Shown: piece by piece, positions 1-10,169 of the stretch
Numbering within the stretch: the first letter of the stretch is position 1
How the letters are laid out: the number at the start of each line of letters is the position of its first letter
Assembly (NCBI GenBank): GCA_025839675.1
Contig: CP104013.1
Coordinates: 5,370,001-5,402,000, forward strand
Direction: 5' to 3'
DNA: 32,000 bases
Origin: Candidatus Lokiarchaeum ossiferum
Lineage (GTDB): Archaea > Asgardarchaeota > Lokiarchaeia > Sigyniarchaeales > Promethearchaeaceae
Position numbers and translations under genes: made by a program
Notes under the pieces: model-generated
Databases searched by the model: none
Told to the model about the DNA's origin: nothing
Seen by the model: the letters and a program-made list of their open reading frames with translations, nothing else

Positions 1-432
1 CAGAATATCGAAACAAATATCTCTATTCAAAATTCTCCTGAAATTGTACCCCTACAATACGTTCCTTCATCAAAAAATAATATATCTTCTAATGCAATTC
101 GAATCACTAATATCGATGTTTCATCTCATATCATCCGTCCTGAGCAAGATCTGAATCAAAATATCTCCCCTAAAATCGAACAGATAAAGTATTTAGATAA
201 CAAATTAGAAAACGAAAATCTAATTGAATCTTCAATTGATGTTTTCAAAGAAATTATTTCCTTAGAGTCAAAAAAATATTACCTTGAACAACAGATGAAA
301 GAACTGGAAAAAAACGTTTCTGGGGGTTTAATGTCTGCTGAAAATTATCAACTTCAAATTTCGAAATATAATTCTGAATTATTTAATTTTTCAACTCACA
401 TTGAAAAATTACGTTCAAAGATTCTTGATTAA
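1..432 (+). CDS. 3' end of a CDS truncated by the window edge; hypothetical protein with coiled-coil-like C-terminus
   Basis: Frame 1 is open from base 1 to TAA at 430-432 (143 codons: QNIETNISIQ...KELEKNVSGGLMSAENYQLQISKYNSELFNFSTHIEKLRSKILD*). It is absent from the ORF track because it has no start codon in the window. No family recognised. Confidence 0.45.
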   Translation, partial: QNIETNISIQNSPEIVPLQYVPSSKNNISSNAIRITNIDVSSHIIRPEQDLNQNISPKIEQIKYLDNKLENENLIESSIDVFKEIISLESKKYYLEQQMKELEKNVSGGLMSAENYQLQISKYNSELFNFSTHIEKLRSKILD

Positions 433-497
433 AAAATTACATAAATAAATTTAAGTCAAAAAAAACAAATATTAATCACTTATTGAAGGTAAAAAAA

Positions 498-902
498 ATG
501 ACTAAAGAAAAATATATTGAACTTTTAAATCACGCTTTTGATGAAGGCACCCCTTTTATTAATGTAACCGAATTCTATTCCTTTGCCCTAATTCCTAAGG
601 GTGACAAATGGTTGGAAGCAGCTTACGATTTTGAAGAAAAAAATCTAGATGATACAACTGAATTAGATTCGGAAAATGCGTATTATCACTTTTGTGAAGA
701 AATTGAAAAAGCTATGTCCGATGAAGTGGAAGATTTCATGTTAATTACTTGGAAAGAGTTTAAAAAGGGATTTGGGGATGATTTTTCAGCAAATTTAAAG
801 GCTGGGATCGTTGAATTGACCTCAAATCCAACTAAATATTCCAAAAATCTTCCTATCGTGTTAAATAAAGATGATTTGGATAAAGTGATTTCAAAGTTAT
901 AG
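498..902 (+). CDS. hypothetical protein (acidic, about 134 aa)
   Basis: ORF track 483..902. Codon 483 is TTG, and the first ATG is at 498 (MTKEKYIELL...). No recognisable motif. Confidence 0.5.
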   Translation: MTKEKYIELLNHAFDEGTPFINVTEFYSFALIPKGDKWLEAAYDFEEKNLDDTTELDSENAYYHFCEEIEKAMSDEVEDFMLITWKEFKKGFGDDFSANLKAGIVELTSNPTKYSKNLPIVLNKDDLDKVISKL

Positions 903-912
903 TCTCATTTTT

Positions 913-2163
913 TTATTGGAATTTTAAAATTGCTTCTAATCCGGCATTGTGATCTGCTGGACAGCCAGGTATAAATAATACGTTATTGAGAATATCAGGC
1001 ACATTTTCTTTCATTAATCTATTCTTATACTCCCCATAATTTTTTTTAGTGCATTGTCCAAAAAAGATTTTTGGGATTGAATCGATTTCAATTTCATTTA
1101 TATCTCTTTTTCCAATATAGAAGTAAATTTTCGGGTATTTTTGTTGTAATTTAACCCATTTTTCCATAAGTGCAGAATTAAATGAAAATTTCCGGAAAAT
1201 CCGAGAATATGCCATCTGACATCCCGTACACCCCCAAGATGAGCATTTTGAATAAATATTTCCATATTTTATAAAATCTGCAGGTTTTTGAAACGGGGGA
1301 CTTGCAGGAATAAGGGGGAGACTTCTTTCTGATATTTTTACTTGCATCGGTGGAATATGGGGGGCTTCTTCATGGGAAATTCCCATAATTGTTAAACAAG
1401 CGTTATCAACTTCGACCATATTTTCCCCTCCGATGCATAAATTTAGTGTTCTCGTTTTTGTTTGTCCTTCAGGATGCATTGACGGCCCCGTACCTTCTAA
1501 AGCAGTAGTAGCGTCAACTAAGTTGAAATCTGGTTTGATGATTGCACCTAGCTCTGTAATACAATCGTGAAGATTTGTTTTTCCCCCATATCCTAAATGG
1601 AATTGCTTTTTATCCCTTAGTAGAAGCAGTCCTTTTTGATTTTTTAAACTAAGGGTTGCTCCAGTCATTAAATGGGACTTCATTTTTGGAACATTAATAT
1701 ATGTGTGTGTTTTAACATATTTTGGGATGGATAATGTTCCATATTTCCATTGAATATCCATAAAATCTGTGAACTCCAAGTTTTCAGAGATCACATCAAT
1801 TCCATATTTTTTTTGAAGTCGTTTAATCATGCGTTCGTATTTTGTTTCTTCCAACAATCTTTGAAAATGTTCTTGTTTGAATGAGAAATACCCTGAATTT
1901 TCTCCAATTATGAATTTTTTTCCTCCTAATTTTGATAAAGCGAGAATCAATCCTTCAACTAGCTTCGGATGAGTAATGGTGGGATTTCGAGGATCTGTCG
2001 CATCCACAATGTTTGGTTTGATGAAAATTTGGGTTTTTTTTGGTTTAAAATGTAAATCTTGTAGTAGTTTTGAAATCGATTGTTCCGTTTCTTCAATTGG
2101 TTTTTGTTTTGTTTCAACAATTGATATCATAGAAAATGGAAATTTGCAGTGAAATTTAAACAT
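913..2163 (-). CDS. DUF362-like domain protein with Cys-rich C-terminal extension
   Basis: 416-aa ORF. The N-terminal part (IFIKPNIVDATDPRNPTITHPKLVEGLILAL...FIIGENSG) resembles the DUF362 family as I recall it. C-terminal Cys motifs include CSSWGCTGC and IPGCPADHN. Start could instead be M12 (2130). Confidence 0.55.
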   Translation of the reverse strand: MFKFHCKFPFSMISIVETKQKPIEETEQSISKLLQDLHFKPKKTQIFIKPNIVDATDPRNPTITHPKLVEGLILALSKLGGKKFIIGENSGYFSFKQEHFQRLLEETKYERMIKRLQKKYGIDVISENLEFTDFMDIQWKYGTLSIPKYVKTHTYINVPKMKSHLMTGATLSLKNQKGLLLLRDKKQFHLGYGGKTNLHDCITELGAIIKPDFNLVDATTALEGTGPSMHPEGQTKTRTLNLCIGGENMVEVDNACLTIMGISHEEAPHIPPMQVKISERSLPLIPASPPFQKPADFIKYGNIYSKCSSWGCTGCQMAYSRIFRKFSFNSALMEKWVKLQQKYPKIYFYIGKRDINEIEIDSIPKIFFGQCTKKNYGEYKNRLMKENVPDILNNVLFIPGCPADHNAGLEAILKFQ

Positions 2164-2229
2164 TTATTTGAAAAAATTTTTGAGTTTTTTATGCTTTTAA
2201 TGATTAGGAACTATTGGTGAATATAATTA

Positions 2230-2715
2230 ATGAGTAATCCTGAAGACATCTCTGTAATAATGAAAAAGATAAAAAAAAAATGGGATACTGATCCTGAAAA
2301 TTGGTCTGTGCTGGGGAATGTGGATAAAGATGGAAATCGGGAGATGTTAATATCTCAGCAGCCTAATAGTTATTGGCTAAAAATGCGAACTCTCACTTCA
2401 CAAAGTAATATGGCATATGGAAAAGAGCTCACAAAGATAGATGATGAAATTAATTTTAAACTTAATGAAGGTAAAAAGGCCAAAAGTATTTCTTCGAAAG
2501 AAGAACTTCTTCAATTATTTGGAATGATGGTGCCAGATAATCGAAAAAAGGATTTGATTTATATGTCTGGTGTAGAAAAGTATTCTCCTGAACAAATGGC
2601 ACATCAGAAAGAGAAAATCGAGGAAAAAAATCCCGAAGCTGATAAATTATATCGCCTGTATCTTCAAAAAAAATGGGAACGAGAACAAGCACTCCGCGAA
2701 GGAATGTATATGTAA
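2230..2715 (+). CDS. hypothetical protein
   Basis: 161-aa ORF, charged and K/E-rich, with no recognised motif. It is divergent from the DUF362-like gene. Confidence 0.5.
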   Translation: MSNPEDISVIMKKIKKKWDTDPENWSVLGNVDKDGNREMLISQQPNSYWLKMRTLTSQSNMAYGKELTKIDDEINFKLNEGKKAKSISSKEELLQLFGMMVPDNRKKDLIYMSGVEKYSPEQMAHQKEKIEEKNPEADKLYRLYLQKKWEREQALREGMYM

Positions 2716-2719
2716 TCCA

Positions 2720-4207
2720 TTATATTCTTCCATTCGTTAGAAATTCTTTTGTTCGATCAGATTTAAACCAATATTTTCCATTGTAGCACGCTAAACATAG
2801 ATCTTTCTTTTGTAATTCAACAGCATCTATCAATCCTTCAATGCTTAGGTATTTTACACTATCTGCTCCAATCTCATTTGCAATTTGAATGCAAGCTTCT
2901 TCATGATTCTTCGCTGTAAGTTCCTTACGACAATAAATTAATTCTTCTCGAGAAGGGAAATCTACTCCATAGAAACATGGACTTCTAACTGGAGGACATG
3001 AAGATCGCACATGAATTTTAAGTGCTCCCGCTTGTCTTAGTAATTTAACAATTCGTCCCATTGTGGTTCCACGCACAATACTATCATCTATTAGTACAAT
3101 TTCTTTACCTTTTACAATGGATTCTACTGGATTTAATTTCATTCTTACCAAATTCATACGTTCTGCTTGACTTGGTGCAATAAAACTACGGAAAACATAT
3201 CGATTTTTCATTAATCCTTCTTCATAACGAATTCCACTCTCAGCGGCATATCCAAGTGCAGAAGATCTACCGGAATCTGGGACGGGTACGACAATTATAT
3301 CTTCTCTAGAATTCAGAAATTCTTCATCTGCTTTTGCAAGATTTCTTCCCAATCTTTCTCGAGTTTTATGGACACTTTTTCCATCAATAATGCTATCTCC
3401 ACGAGAAAAATACACGTATTCAAATACACAATGATTTTTTTCTGCAGGAAGCAATTTTTCTCTGTGGAAAAAATGATCTTGATGAACATGAAGGATTTCA
3501 CCTGCTTGAATATCTCCAATTAGCTTCCCTCCAAGGGAAATTATTGCACATGATTCTGATGCAATAATATAACATTCGGTGTTAAGAATATTAGCAGTGC
3601 CATAACATAGAGGTTTATTTCCGCTTCGATATGCGTAGACATCTCCTTCGTTTGTAAGTAAGACTAGTGAAAATGCCCCATCAAGCAATTTTGATGTGAA
3701 TTCTAGGTTTTCAACCCAATCTTTTGTTACTAATGTATTAGCGGCTATCAGATTTGCTATAACCTCTGTATCTCCATTAGTTAGAAAAATAATCCCCTTC
3801 GATTTTAGTTGTTCCTTTAAAAGATGATAATTTGTAATGTTTCCATTAAATGCTATTGCAAAGGGAGGTGTTTGGGGGGTTTCAAATGGAAAGGGTTGAG
3901 CATTGTTTATATCTTTTCCTCCAGCTGTTCCGTATCGAACATGTCCAATTCCCACATTGCCCCATAATTTTGATAATTTTTCCAATGGAAGAGCCTCAAA
4001 CAAGAGTCCGTGTTCGCGTATTGTATTTATACTTTTGTTTGCATCAAAAACACTTATTCCTGCTGCTTCTTGTCCTCGATGTTGGACTGCCATTAATCCT
4101 TGGAAAATAGCTTGAGCTACATGAGTTGAAGGATTTTTTGATATTATCGCAACTATTCCACATTCTTCACGAGGTTTTCCATTAGATTTTTTCTGAATTG
4201 ATTCCAT
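2720..4207 (-). CDS. purF: amidophosphoribosyltransferase (glutamine-PRPP amidotransferase), [4Fe-4S] type with N-terminal propeptide
   Basis: Ntn-type CGIVAI after a 15-residue leader (MESIQKKSNGKPREE|CGIV). PRPP loop is VLIDDSIVRGTT. Fe-S Cys context is SSCPPVRSPCFYGVD. I chose the internal ATG at 4207, which has GGAGA 8 nt upstream. The track ORF's 42 extra codons would overlap purQ. Confidence 0.9.
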   Translation of the reverse strand: MESIQKKSNGKPREECGIVAIISKNPSTHVAQAIFQGLMAVQHRGQEAAGISVFDANKSINTIREHGLLFEALPLEKLSKLWGNVGIGHVRYGTAGGKDINNAQPFPFETPQTPPFAIAFNGNITNYHLLKEQLKSKGIIFLTNGDTEVIANLIAANTLVTKDWVENLEFTSKLLDGAFSLVLLTNEGDVYAYRSGNKPLCYGTANILNTECYIIASESCAIISLGGKLIGDIQAGEILHVHQDHFFHREKLLPAEKNHCVFEYVYFSRGDSIIDGKSVHKTRERLGRNLAKADEEFLNSREDIIVVPVPDSGRSSALGYAAESGIRYEEGLMKNRYVFRSFIAPSQAERMNLVRMKLNPVESIVKGKEIVLIDDSIVRGTTMGRIVKLLRQAGALKIHVRSSCPPVRSPCFYGVDFPSREELIYCRKELTAKNHEEACIQIANEIGADSVKYLSIEGLIDAVELQKKDLCLACYNGKYWFKSDRTKEFLTNGRI

Positions 4208-4251
4208 TTTAGAATCTCCGTATATATTGATCGTTGTTTTGAAAAAAAAAG

Positions 4252-5019
4252 TTAAAGATGGTTTTGTGCAAAATTTACTGCATTTTTGAATATTTTTAAA
4301 CCATTTTCTTTGGGTATATAACCTCGTGTCCATTGTGGGTGTGTATATTTAGAAAGATGGCACTCTGGATGAGGCATCATTCCAAAAATATGTCCTGATT
4401 CATTACAAATTGCAGCTATTCCATCCATTGCTCCGTTTGGATTATTTGGGTATTCATTTGGATCATAGGTGAATGGAATTAATTGTTCTTCCCATAAACG
4501 ATCGAGAATTTTTTGATCTTTAATAACAAATTTACCTTCCCCATGTCTAACAGGAATTTCCACAAAAGAACTATAATTTTGTGTCCAAATGCATTTAGTT
4601 TTATGAGATTTCATCCGAACCCAGCGATCTTCATAGTGTCCTGAATCATTACCTATTAATGATACTGTTTGTTCATAATTTTTTCCATCAAAGGCTGGAA
4701 GAACTCCCATTTTGACCAAAATTTGAAATCCATTACAAACTCCGAAAATGAGTTTATCGTCGTTTATAAATTTAGTTAAATCTTTCCGTAAATTAAATCG
4801 AAATTTATTGGCTACAACTCTCCCAGATCCCAAATCGTCTCCAAAAGAAAATCCTCCAGGCATCATTAAGATTTGATAATTTTCTAAACTATCTTTTCTG
4901 TTGATTAAATCATTAATATGGACTCTTTTTACGTTTTCGGCTCCTGCCACTTCAAATGCGTATTTTGATTCATAATCTGAATTGATTCCAAACCCTGTTA
5001 CTATACAAACATCTACCAT
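4252..5019 (-). CDS. purQ: phosphoribosylformylglycinamidine synthase, glutaminase subunit
   Basis: Class I amidotransferase motifs: nucleophile GVCNGFQ and MMPHPE (His-Glu). ATG at 5019 lies 2 nt after the purL stop (5022-5024), with GGAGG inside the purL 3' end. Confidence 0.9.
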   Translation of the reverse strand: MVDVCIVTGFGINSDYESKYAFEVAGAENVKRVHINDLINRKDSLENYQILMMPGGFSFGDDLGSGRVVANKFRFNLRKDLTKFINDDKLIFGVCNGFQILVKMGVLPAFDGKNYEQTVSLIGNDSGHYEDRWVRMKSHKTKCIWTQNYSSFVEIPVRHGEGKFVIKDQKILDRLWEEQLIPFTYDPNEYPNNPNGAMDGIAAICNESGHIFGMMPHPECHLSKYTHPQWTRGYIPKENGLKIFKNAVNFAQNHL

Positions 5020-5021
5020 GC

Positions 5022-7976
5022 TTAACCGCCCTCCACTAAAGGTAACAACGTGGCTTTCCACGCCTCTTTTAGATTTTCTATCGGTGTATCAATTATATCT
5101 TCTTCAGTATTATCTTTAATCTTCAGATTTTGTCCTATTACTTTTCCAATACATCCATAAATTGTATTTTTAAATAGTTCCTCAAATTTTGCTTGGTTCT
5201 CTGGTTTTATAGTAACCAATATTCTACTTGCCGATTCTGAGAAAAGAATGTAGTCGTTTCGCATTCGTTCATGGTTATTTTCTTGAATTGGAACTTTTGT
5301 TAAATCAATTTCCATCCCAAAACCTCCCGCAAATGCAGATTCTGCGAGTGCAACACCTAAACCGCCATCAGAACAATCATGTGCTGATTGAATCATTTCT
5401 TCTTGAATTGCTTTATAAACTAATCGATATCTTTCGATTGCTGATTTTGTATGAACTTCCGGAACGCTAAATCCATTCACTTTCATTTCATCAAAGTATT
5501 CGGTCGCTCCTAATTCCTTTTTGGTTTGACCGAGAATATAAACTAAATCATTTTCTTGCTTGACATCCATTGTGACCGCTTTGCGAACATCGGGTAATTT
5601 TCCAATAACTGTGTATAATAAAGTTGGGGGAACACTCACTTTAGTATCTCCAATTCGATAGTCATTTCTCATCGAATCCTTTCCAGAAACGCATGGCAAA
5701 TTATATGCCGTCGTAACATCAAACAGTGCTTTGTTTGCTCTTACTAAATCTCCGGTATACTTTATTTCATCGTTTTCATCATATCCCATCGCCCAACAAA
5801 AATTATCCAATCCAGCTAAATAATCTGGGTTTGTCCCAACACAAACTAAATTACGAACTCCCTCATCAATTGCATTAGCTGCCATGGCATATGTGTCAAT
5901 ATCAGAATAGCGGGGGCATAATCCGTGGGAAACTCCAATCCCTTCCCATGAATCAAATAAAGGTTTTTGGACTGCCGCATCGCTTGGACCATCGTTAAAT
6001 AATCCTGTGAAGGGCTTTACAATACTTGTTCCCTGTACTTCATGATCATATTTTCGCAAAATTGAGTCTTCTTTAGAGCAAATATTTAGTCTGCCAAGCA
6101 TCTTCTTTAAGATCACATTATAATCAGATGGTTCCCTGAATTCTGGATCTGTTCCTGTTGGTTTATTCCAAATACCTTTCATTTTTTTTTGAGGTACTCC
6201 ATCATGTAAAAAGGACATTGGAAGATTTCCAACTAATTTATTATTGTAATACAGTTGAAAATGTTTAGATTCATTAAAAGATCCAACGATTGTAGATTCA
6301 ACGCTAAAACTCTCCGAAAGTTCCATAAAAGCATCAATTTTATCTTTTGGAACTGCTATAGACATTCTTTCTTGAGCTTCACTTACTAATATTTCCCAAG
6401 GCATCAATCCGGGATATTTTAAAGGTGCTTTATCTAGATCAAGTCTAACACCAATTTCTTCGCCCATCTCTCCAATACTCGAAGAAAGACCTCCTGCACC
6501 ATTGTCAGTTATAGCGTTGAAAAGTTCTTGATTTCGAGCTTCTAATAAAAAGTCTAACATTTTCTTTTGGACAATCGGGGCTCCAATTTGTACTGCAGTT
6601 GCTGGTGAATGCTCATTAATTTCTAAAGATGAAAATGTGGCTCCATGAATTCCATCTGCACCTATCTTTCCCCCAACCATAACAACATAATCTCCTGGAA
6701 GTGCTTCTTTCTCATGAGTTGGTTTGTTATTAATTGATGCAGGTGCGATTCCTCCTGTGCCTACAAAAACTAATGGTTTTCCTAAGTAGCGATCTTCAAA
6801 ATACAAACTTCCATTTACTGTTGGAATACCAGATTCATTTCCGCCATCAATGACTCCCTTATGCACTCCTTTCAAAACCCGCTTTGGGTGGAATAATCTT
6901 GGTGGAATTTCTCCTTTGAAGAATGGACTTGCAAAACAAAACACATCGGTATTGAACGTTAATTTAAATCCTTTCCCTGTGCCTGCAGGATCTCGATTGC
7001 ACCCAACTATTCCAGTAATTGCTCCTCCGTAGGGGTCCAATGCTGTTGGTGAATTATGGGTTTCAACCTTCATTGCAAAAGTATAGTTTTCATTAAACTT
7101 GATTACTCCTGCATTATCTTTAAATACTGAAACTAAATAATCTGAATTAATAATATCCGTGGATTTTTTAATATATGTTTTAAATAACGAATCAATTGTT
7201 TCTTGTTTATCTCCTTCATGATAATCAATTTTAGCATTAAAAATTTTATGACAACAATGTTCAGACCATGTTTGGGCGAGACATTCTAATTCTACATCGG
7301 TTGGGTTTATAGGCATGCCATGCTTAAGTCGTTCATCTTTGACTGATATAAAATATTGTTGTATAGCCTTCATCTCTTCTAAATTAAGTGCTAAAACCAT
7401 TTCTTTGCTAATTTGTTCCAATTCAGCATCTGAAACATTTAGATTTATTTCATTTACAACAGGTTCTGCATCCAAAATTACCTTGGGAAGTTCAATTTCA
7501 AATCCCGAAAATGAGTTCCCATCTGCAATGTACCATCGTTCTATTAATTGATTTGCGATTAAATCTTTTGCTACGATTTCTGCTGTTTTTGGATCCACTC
7601 CATGAAGCAAATATTGTTTTGATGAATAAACTGCTTTAACATCTTTACCAATTGCATCTTTTATGGCTTCTACTGCCGTCATTCCAACATTATCAGTAAC
7701 CCCTGGTTTAAACCCTACTTCTAGTATTGATCCTGGAAAAACTGTTGCAAGCTGTTGGTCAATTTCAAAATTTTCAACAATTGGATCAGAAAACACTTCT
7801 TTTCCGAGAAAATTTAGTTCTTCATGTGTCAAATTTCCTCCTTCAATAGTGTAAACATTGATCACTTCAACTTTAGATACATCAGAAATGTTTAAATCAT
7901 GAATAATATCATTTCTCACGTTTCTACTTGTGGATATACCCACTTCTATACGGTGCACGTTTTTTACGTCGCCCAT
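5022..7976 (-). CDS. purL: phosphoribosylformylglycinamidine synthase, synthetase subunit with fused PurS-like N-terminal domain and linker
   Basis: 984 aa. It carries AQTWSEHCCHKIFNA and duplicated AIR-synthase-like (PurM-fold) ATP-binding regions (DNGAGG, DCSDGG). About 230 N-terminal residues precede the SEHC motif and contain two beta-alpha-beta-like repeats (EVGFKPGVTDNVGMTAVEAIK...). Confidence 0.9.
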   Translation of the reverse strand: MGDVKNVHRIEVGISTSRNVRNDIIHDLNISDVSKVEVINVYTIEGGNLTHEELNFLGKEVFSDPIVENFEIDQQLATVFPGSILEVGFKPGVTDNVGMTAVEAIKDAIGKDVKAVYSSKQYLLHGVDPKTAEIVAKDLIANQLIERWYIADGNSFSGFEIELPKVILDAEPVVNEINLNVSDAELEQISKEMVLALNLEEMKAIQQYFISVKDERLKHGMPINPTDVELECLAQTWSEHCCHKIFNAKIDYHEGDKQETIDSLFKTYIKKSTDIINSDYLVSVFKDNAGVIKFNENYTFAMKVETHNSPTALDPYGGAITGIVGCNRDPAGTGKGFKLTFNTDVFCFASPFFKGEIPPRLFHPKRVLKGVHKGVIDGGNESGIPTVNGSLYFEDRYLGKPLVFVGTGGIAPASINNKPTHEKEALPGDYVVMVGGKIGADGIHGATFSSLEINEHSPATAVQIGAPIVQKKMLDFLLEARNQELFNAITDNGAGGLSSSIGEMGEEIGVRLDLDKAPLKYPGLMPWEILVSEAQERMSIAVPKDKIDAFMELSESFSVESTIVGSFNESKHFQLYYNNKLVGNLPMSFLHDGVPQKKMKGIWNKPTGTDPEFREPSDYNVILKKMLGRLNICSKEDSILRKYDHEVQGTSIVKPFTGLFNDGPSDAAVQKPLFDSWEGIGVSHGLCPRYSDIDTYAMAANAIDEGVRNLVCVGTNPDYLAGLDNFCWAMGYDENDEIKYTGDLVRANKALFDVTTAYNLPCVSGKDSMRNDYRIGDTKVSVPPTLLYTVIGKLPDVRKAVTMDVKQENDLVYILGQTKKELGATEYFDEMKVNGFSVPEVHTKSAIERYRLVYKAIQEEMIQSAHDCSDGGLGVALAESAFAGGFGMEIDLTKVPIQENNHERMRNDYILFSESASRILVTIKPENQAKFEELFKNTIYGCIGKVIGQNLKIKDNTEEDIIDTPIENLKEAWKATLLPLVEGG

Positions 7977-8245
7977 TATGGAATTTCACCAATTTAGTGC
8001 AGTTAAGCACTATTTTCTATCATAATTATGTAATAAAAGAAAATATTGTTGATAATTAATTCAATTATAACCTCAAATTTAATATTTTCATGGAAAAACT
8101 CAAATTAAATTAAATATTCAATCACAGAGGGAGCAAAAATTGGTATTTTTTCTTCATTCTTTGTAATATTTAAAAATGTCTGTTAAATCTTCTTTTCAAT
8201 GCAAAATTTTTTAAAAATTAGTAAAGATATCTTGAATTTTTTATA

Positions 8246-8563
8246 TTAGCCCAATCTCAATTGCTGTTTTAAATCATTATATTTTTTAAGGATTAAAGGT
8301 TGCTCATTCAAATACTGATCAATATAATATTGATACATTTTCGTATTTTCGTTAAATTTATTAAAGGTTAGATTGTATTTCGCTTCTAATTCTGGCTCAT
8401 ATTGTATAAGTAAATCGTTAAATGTTTTTTGAAAACTTAATGCCTTTTCTAAATCATCTGTCATTTCTAATATCTTTGTTTTTTTAGGTTGGAGGTCATT
8501 AGCAATTTTTGCCATAATATCAAAGAAAATGTTTAAAAATTGTCTAACATCAAATTTTTCCAT
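8246..8563 (-). CDS. hypothetical protein
   Basis: 105-aa ORF, probably helical, with no recognised motif. Confidence 0.4.
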   Translation of the reverse strand: MEKFDVRQFLNIFFDIMAKIANDLQPKKTKILEMTDDLEKALSFQKTFNDLLIQYEPELEAKYNLTFNKFNENTKMYQYYIDQYLNEQPLILKKYNDLKQQLRLG

Positions 8564-8650
8564 GATAAAATATAATTTTCGCCATAATTAAATATTAGTT
8601 CTCTCAAATTCAAGAAAGAAATTAATTTGATCTAAAATTCTACAAAAGTA

Positions 8651-9097
8651 ATGGTGCAAAACGAATTAAAATCAGAGATTGAAGTCTTGTGGGATAATGA
8701 TCATAATTGTGCCCAATCTACCGCTAAAGGTATTCTCAATTATTATAAATTTGAAAAAGAAGGTCAAATTCTTTCCAATTCCTTTCTTCCTTATGGAGGT
8801 GGATTCAAAGAAGGTTCTATTTGTGGAGCTATTTCCGGAACTCTGGCTGCTATGAGTTTCATTCTTTCGAATTCAAATGTTGAAAATGATAAAATTGTAG
8901 AATTAACAAATCAGATGAAATCTGAATTTTTAGAAGAGTTTCCTTCAGTTAATTGTCATACAATATTAGATCCATTTCGGAAACCTGATGGTGAAATTGA
9001 TAAGGATAATGCGGAACGAAGAAATCTTTGTACGAAAGCAGTTACCAATGCCGCGAATCTTGCTCATCAAATTATATCTAATTATCTAAATACGTAA
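8651..9097 (+). CDS. C_GCAxxG_C_C family putative redox-active protein
   Basis: Ordered Cys pattern typical of that family: NCAQS...GSICGAISG...VNCH...NLCTKAV. Confidence 0.6.
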   Translation: MVQNELKSEIEVLWDNDHNCAQSTAKGILNYYKFEKEGQILSNSFLPYGGGFKEGSICGAISGTLAAMSFILSNSNVENDKIVELTNQMKSEFLEEFPSVNCHTILDPFRKPDGEIDKDNAERRNLCTKAVTNAANLAHQIISNYLNT

Positions 9098-9128
9098 AAC
9101 ATCTTATTGTGTAAAAAAGAAGAAAAAA

Positions 9129-10085
9129 TTATATTTTTAAATTTTTTTTTATCCGATCCATTATATTTCCTTCTATTACTGGCTCGAATTTCTGTCCTGT
9201 AATCATTTCATATGATTTGACATATGTATTTACAAATTTTACTTTAATTTCATCTGGAATTTCAGGGATTGGACCTTCTCCCATATAATTCTTTTCAGTT
9301 ATCAACCACTGTCGGAAGAATTCTTTATCGAGTATTTCCGGTTTTTCACCTTTTGCAAATCGATCCTCATACGTGTCCTTAATCCAAAATCGGGAAGCAT
9401 CCGGAGTGAAAATTTCATCAATCACAACCAATTTTCCTTCCGGAGTAATTCCATACTCGAATTTGCAATCTACTAATATTAAATTATTCTCTGCACAGTG
9501 CTTTGTTGCGAAGTCAAAGATTTTCTTTGTTTTTTCTTCAACATCCTTATAAATATCTTCAGATACCAATCCTTGGGCAATAATTTCTTCCCGTGAAATA
9601 GGTAGATCATGTTCTCCCACTGCAGCTTTAGTTGATGGTGTAAGAACTGGTTCTGGTAATTTTTGATAATTTTTCAAACCTTCTGGAAAAGTTATTCCTG
9701 AGACTGATTCTCCTTTTTGATATGCTCTCCAAGCACTTCCTGTAATATAGGCTCTAACGATCATTTCAATTGGAAGTGATTTACATTCATGTACTCTAAC
9801 CACATTTGGATCGGGGACATCGATAATATGATTTGGGATGATATTCTTTGTTTTTTCAAACCAAAAAGTTGAGAGTTGATTCAATAATTGACCTTTGAAT
9901 GGGATCGTTGTAATTACTCTGTCAAATGCACTGAGACGATCTGTAGCGACAATTGTTCGTATTCCTTCTTCTTCATTAACAAAGTTTTCTCTCACTTTTC
10001 CCTTATATCTTTTCCCAAGACCAGAGAGATCAACATCTTCAACTGTATTATGTAGTTGTTCTCGAATAATATTCTCTTCTATCAT
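9129..10085 (-). CDS. purC: phosphoribosylaminoimidazole-succinocarboxamide (SAICAR) synthase, long form
   Basis: 318 aa with YKGKVRE, ATDRLSAFD, LILVDCKFEYG and IDEIFTPDASRFW, all characteristic of SAICAR synthetase. Confidence 0.9.
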   Translation of the reverse strand: MIEENIIREQLHNTVEDVDLSGLGKRYKGKVRENFVNEEEGIRTIVATDRLSAFDRVITTIPFKGQLLNQLSTFWFEKTKNIIPNHIIDVPDPNVVRVHECKSLPIEMIVRAYITGSAWRAYQKGESVSGITFPEGLKNYQKLPEPVLTPSTKAAVGEHDLPISREEIIAQGLVSEDIYKDVEEKTKKIFDFATKHCAENNLILVDCKFEYGITPEGKLVVIDEIFTPDASRFWIKDTYEDRFAKGEKPEILDKEFFRQWLITEKNYMGEGPIPEIPDEIKVKFVNTYVKSYEMITGQKFEPVIEGNIMDRIKKNLKI

Positions 10086-10169
10086 AAAACATTCACATGG
10101 AAGCTATTTCTTAATGATTTAAAAAATAAATTATTGGAACATATTAATCGCCTAGTATTTCAAAAAAGC

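Noticed and set aside
4208-4333. 42-codon N-terminal extension of the purF ORF
   Set aside because: It would overlap the purQ 3' end by 82 nt and encodes an atypical K/F/T-rich peptide. The ATG at 4207 has a GGAGA RBS and gives a normal short propeptide before the catalytic Cys.
5020-5061. 14-codon N-terminal extension of the purQ ORF overlapping purL
   Set aside because: The ATG at 5019 follows a GGAGG and gives the family-typical N-terminus MVDVCIVTGFG.
5228-7854. Plus-strand ORFs of 60-80 aa inside purL (5228-5470, 6850-7032, 7315-7551, 7663-7854)
   Set aside because: They are antisense shadow ORFs within a strongly supported gene, with no motifs.
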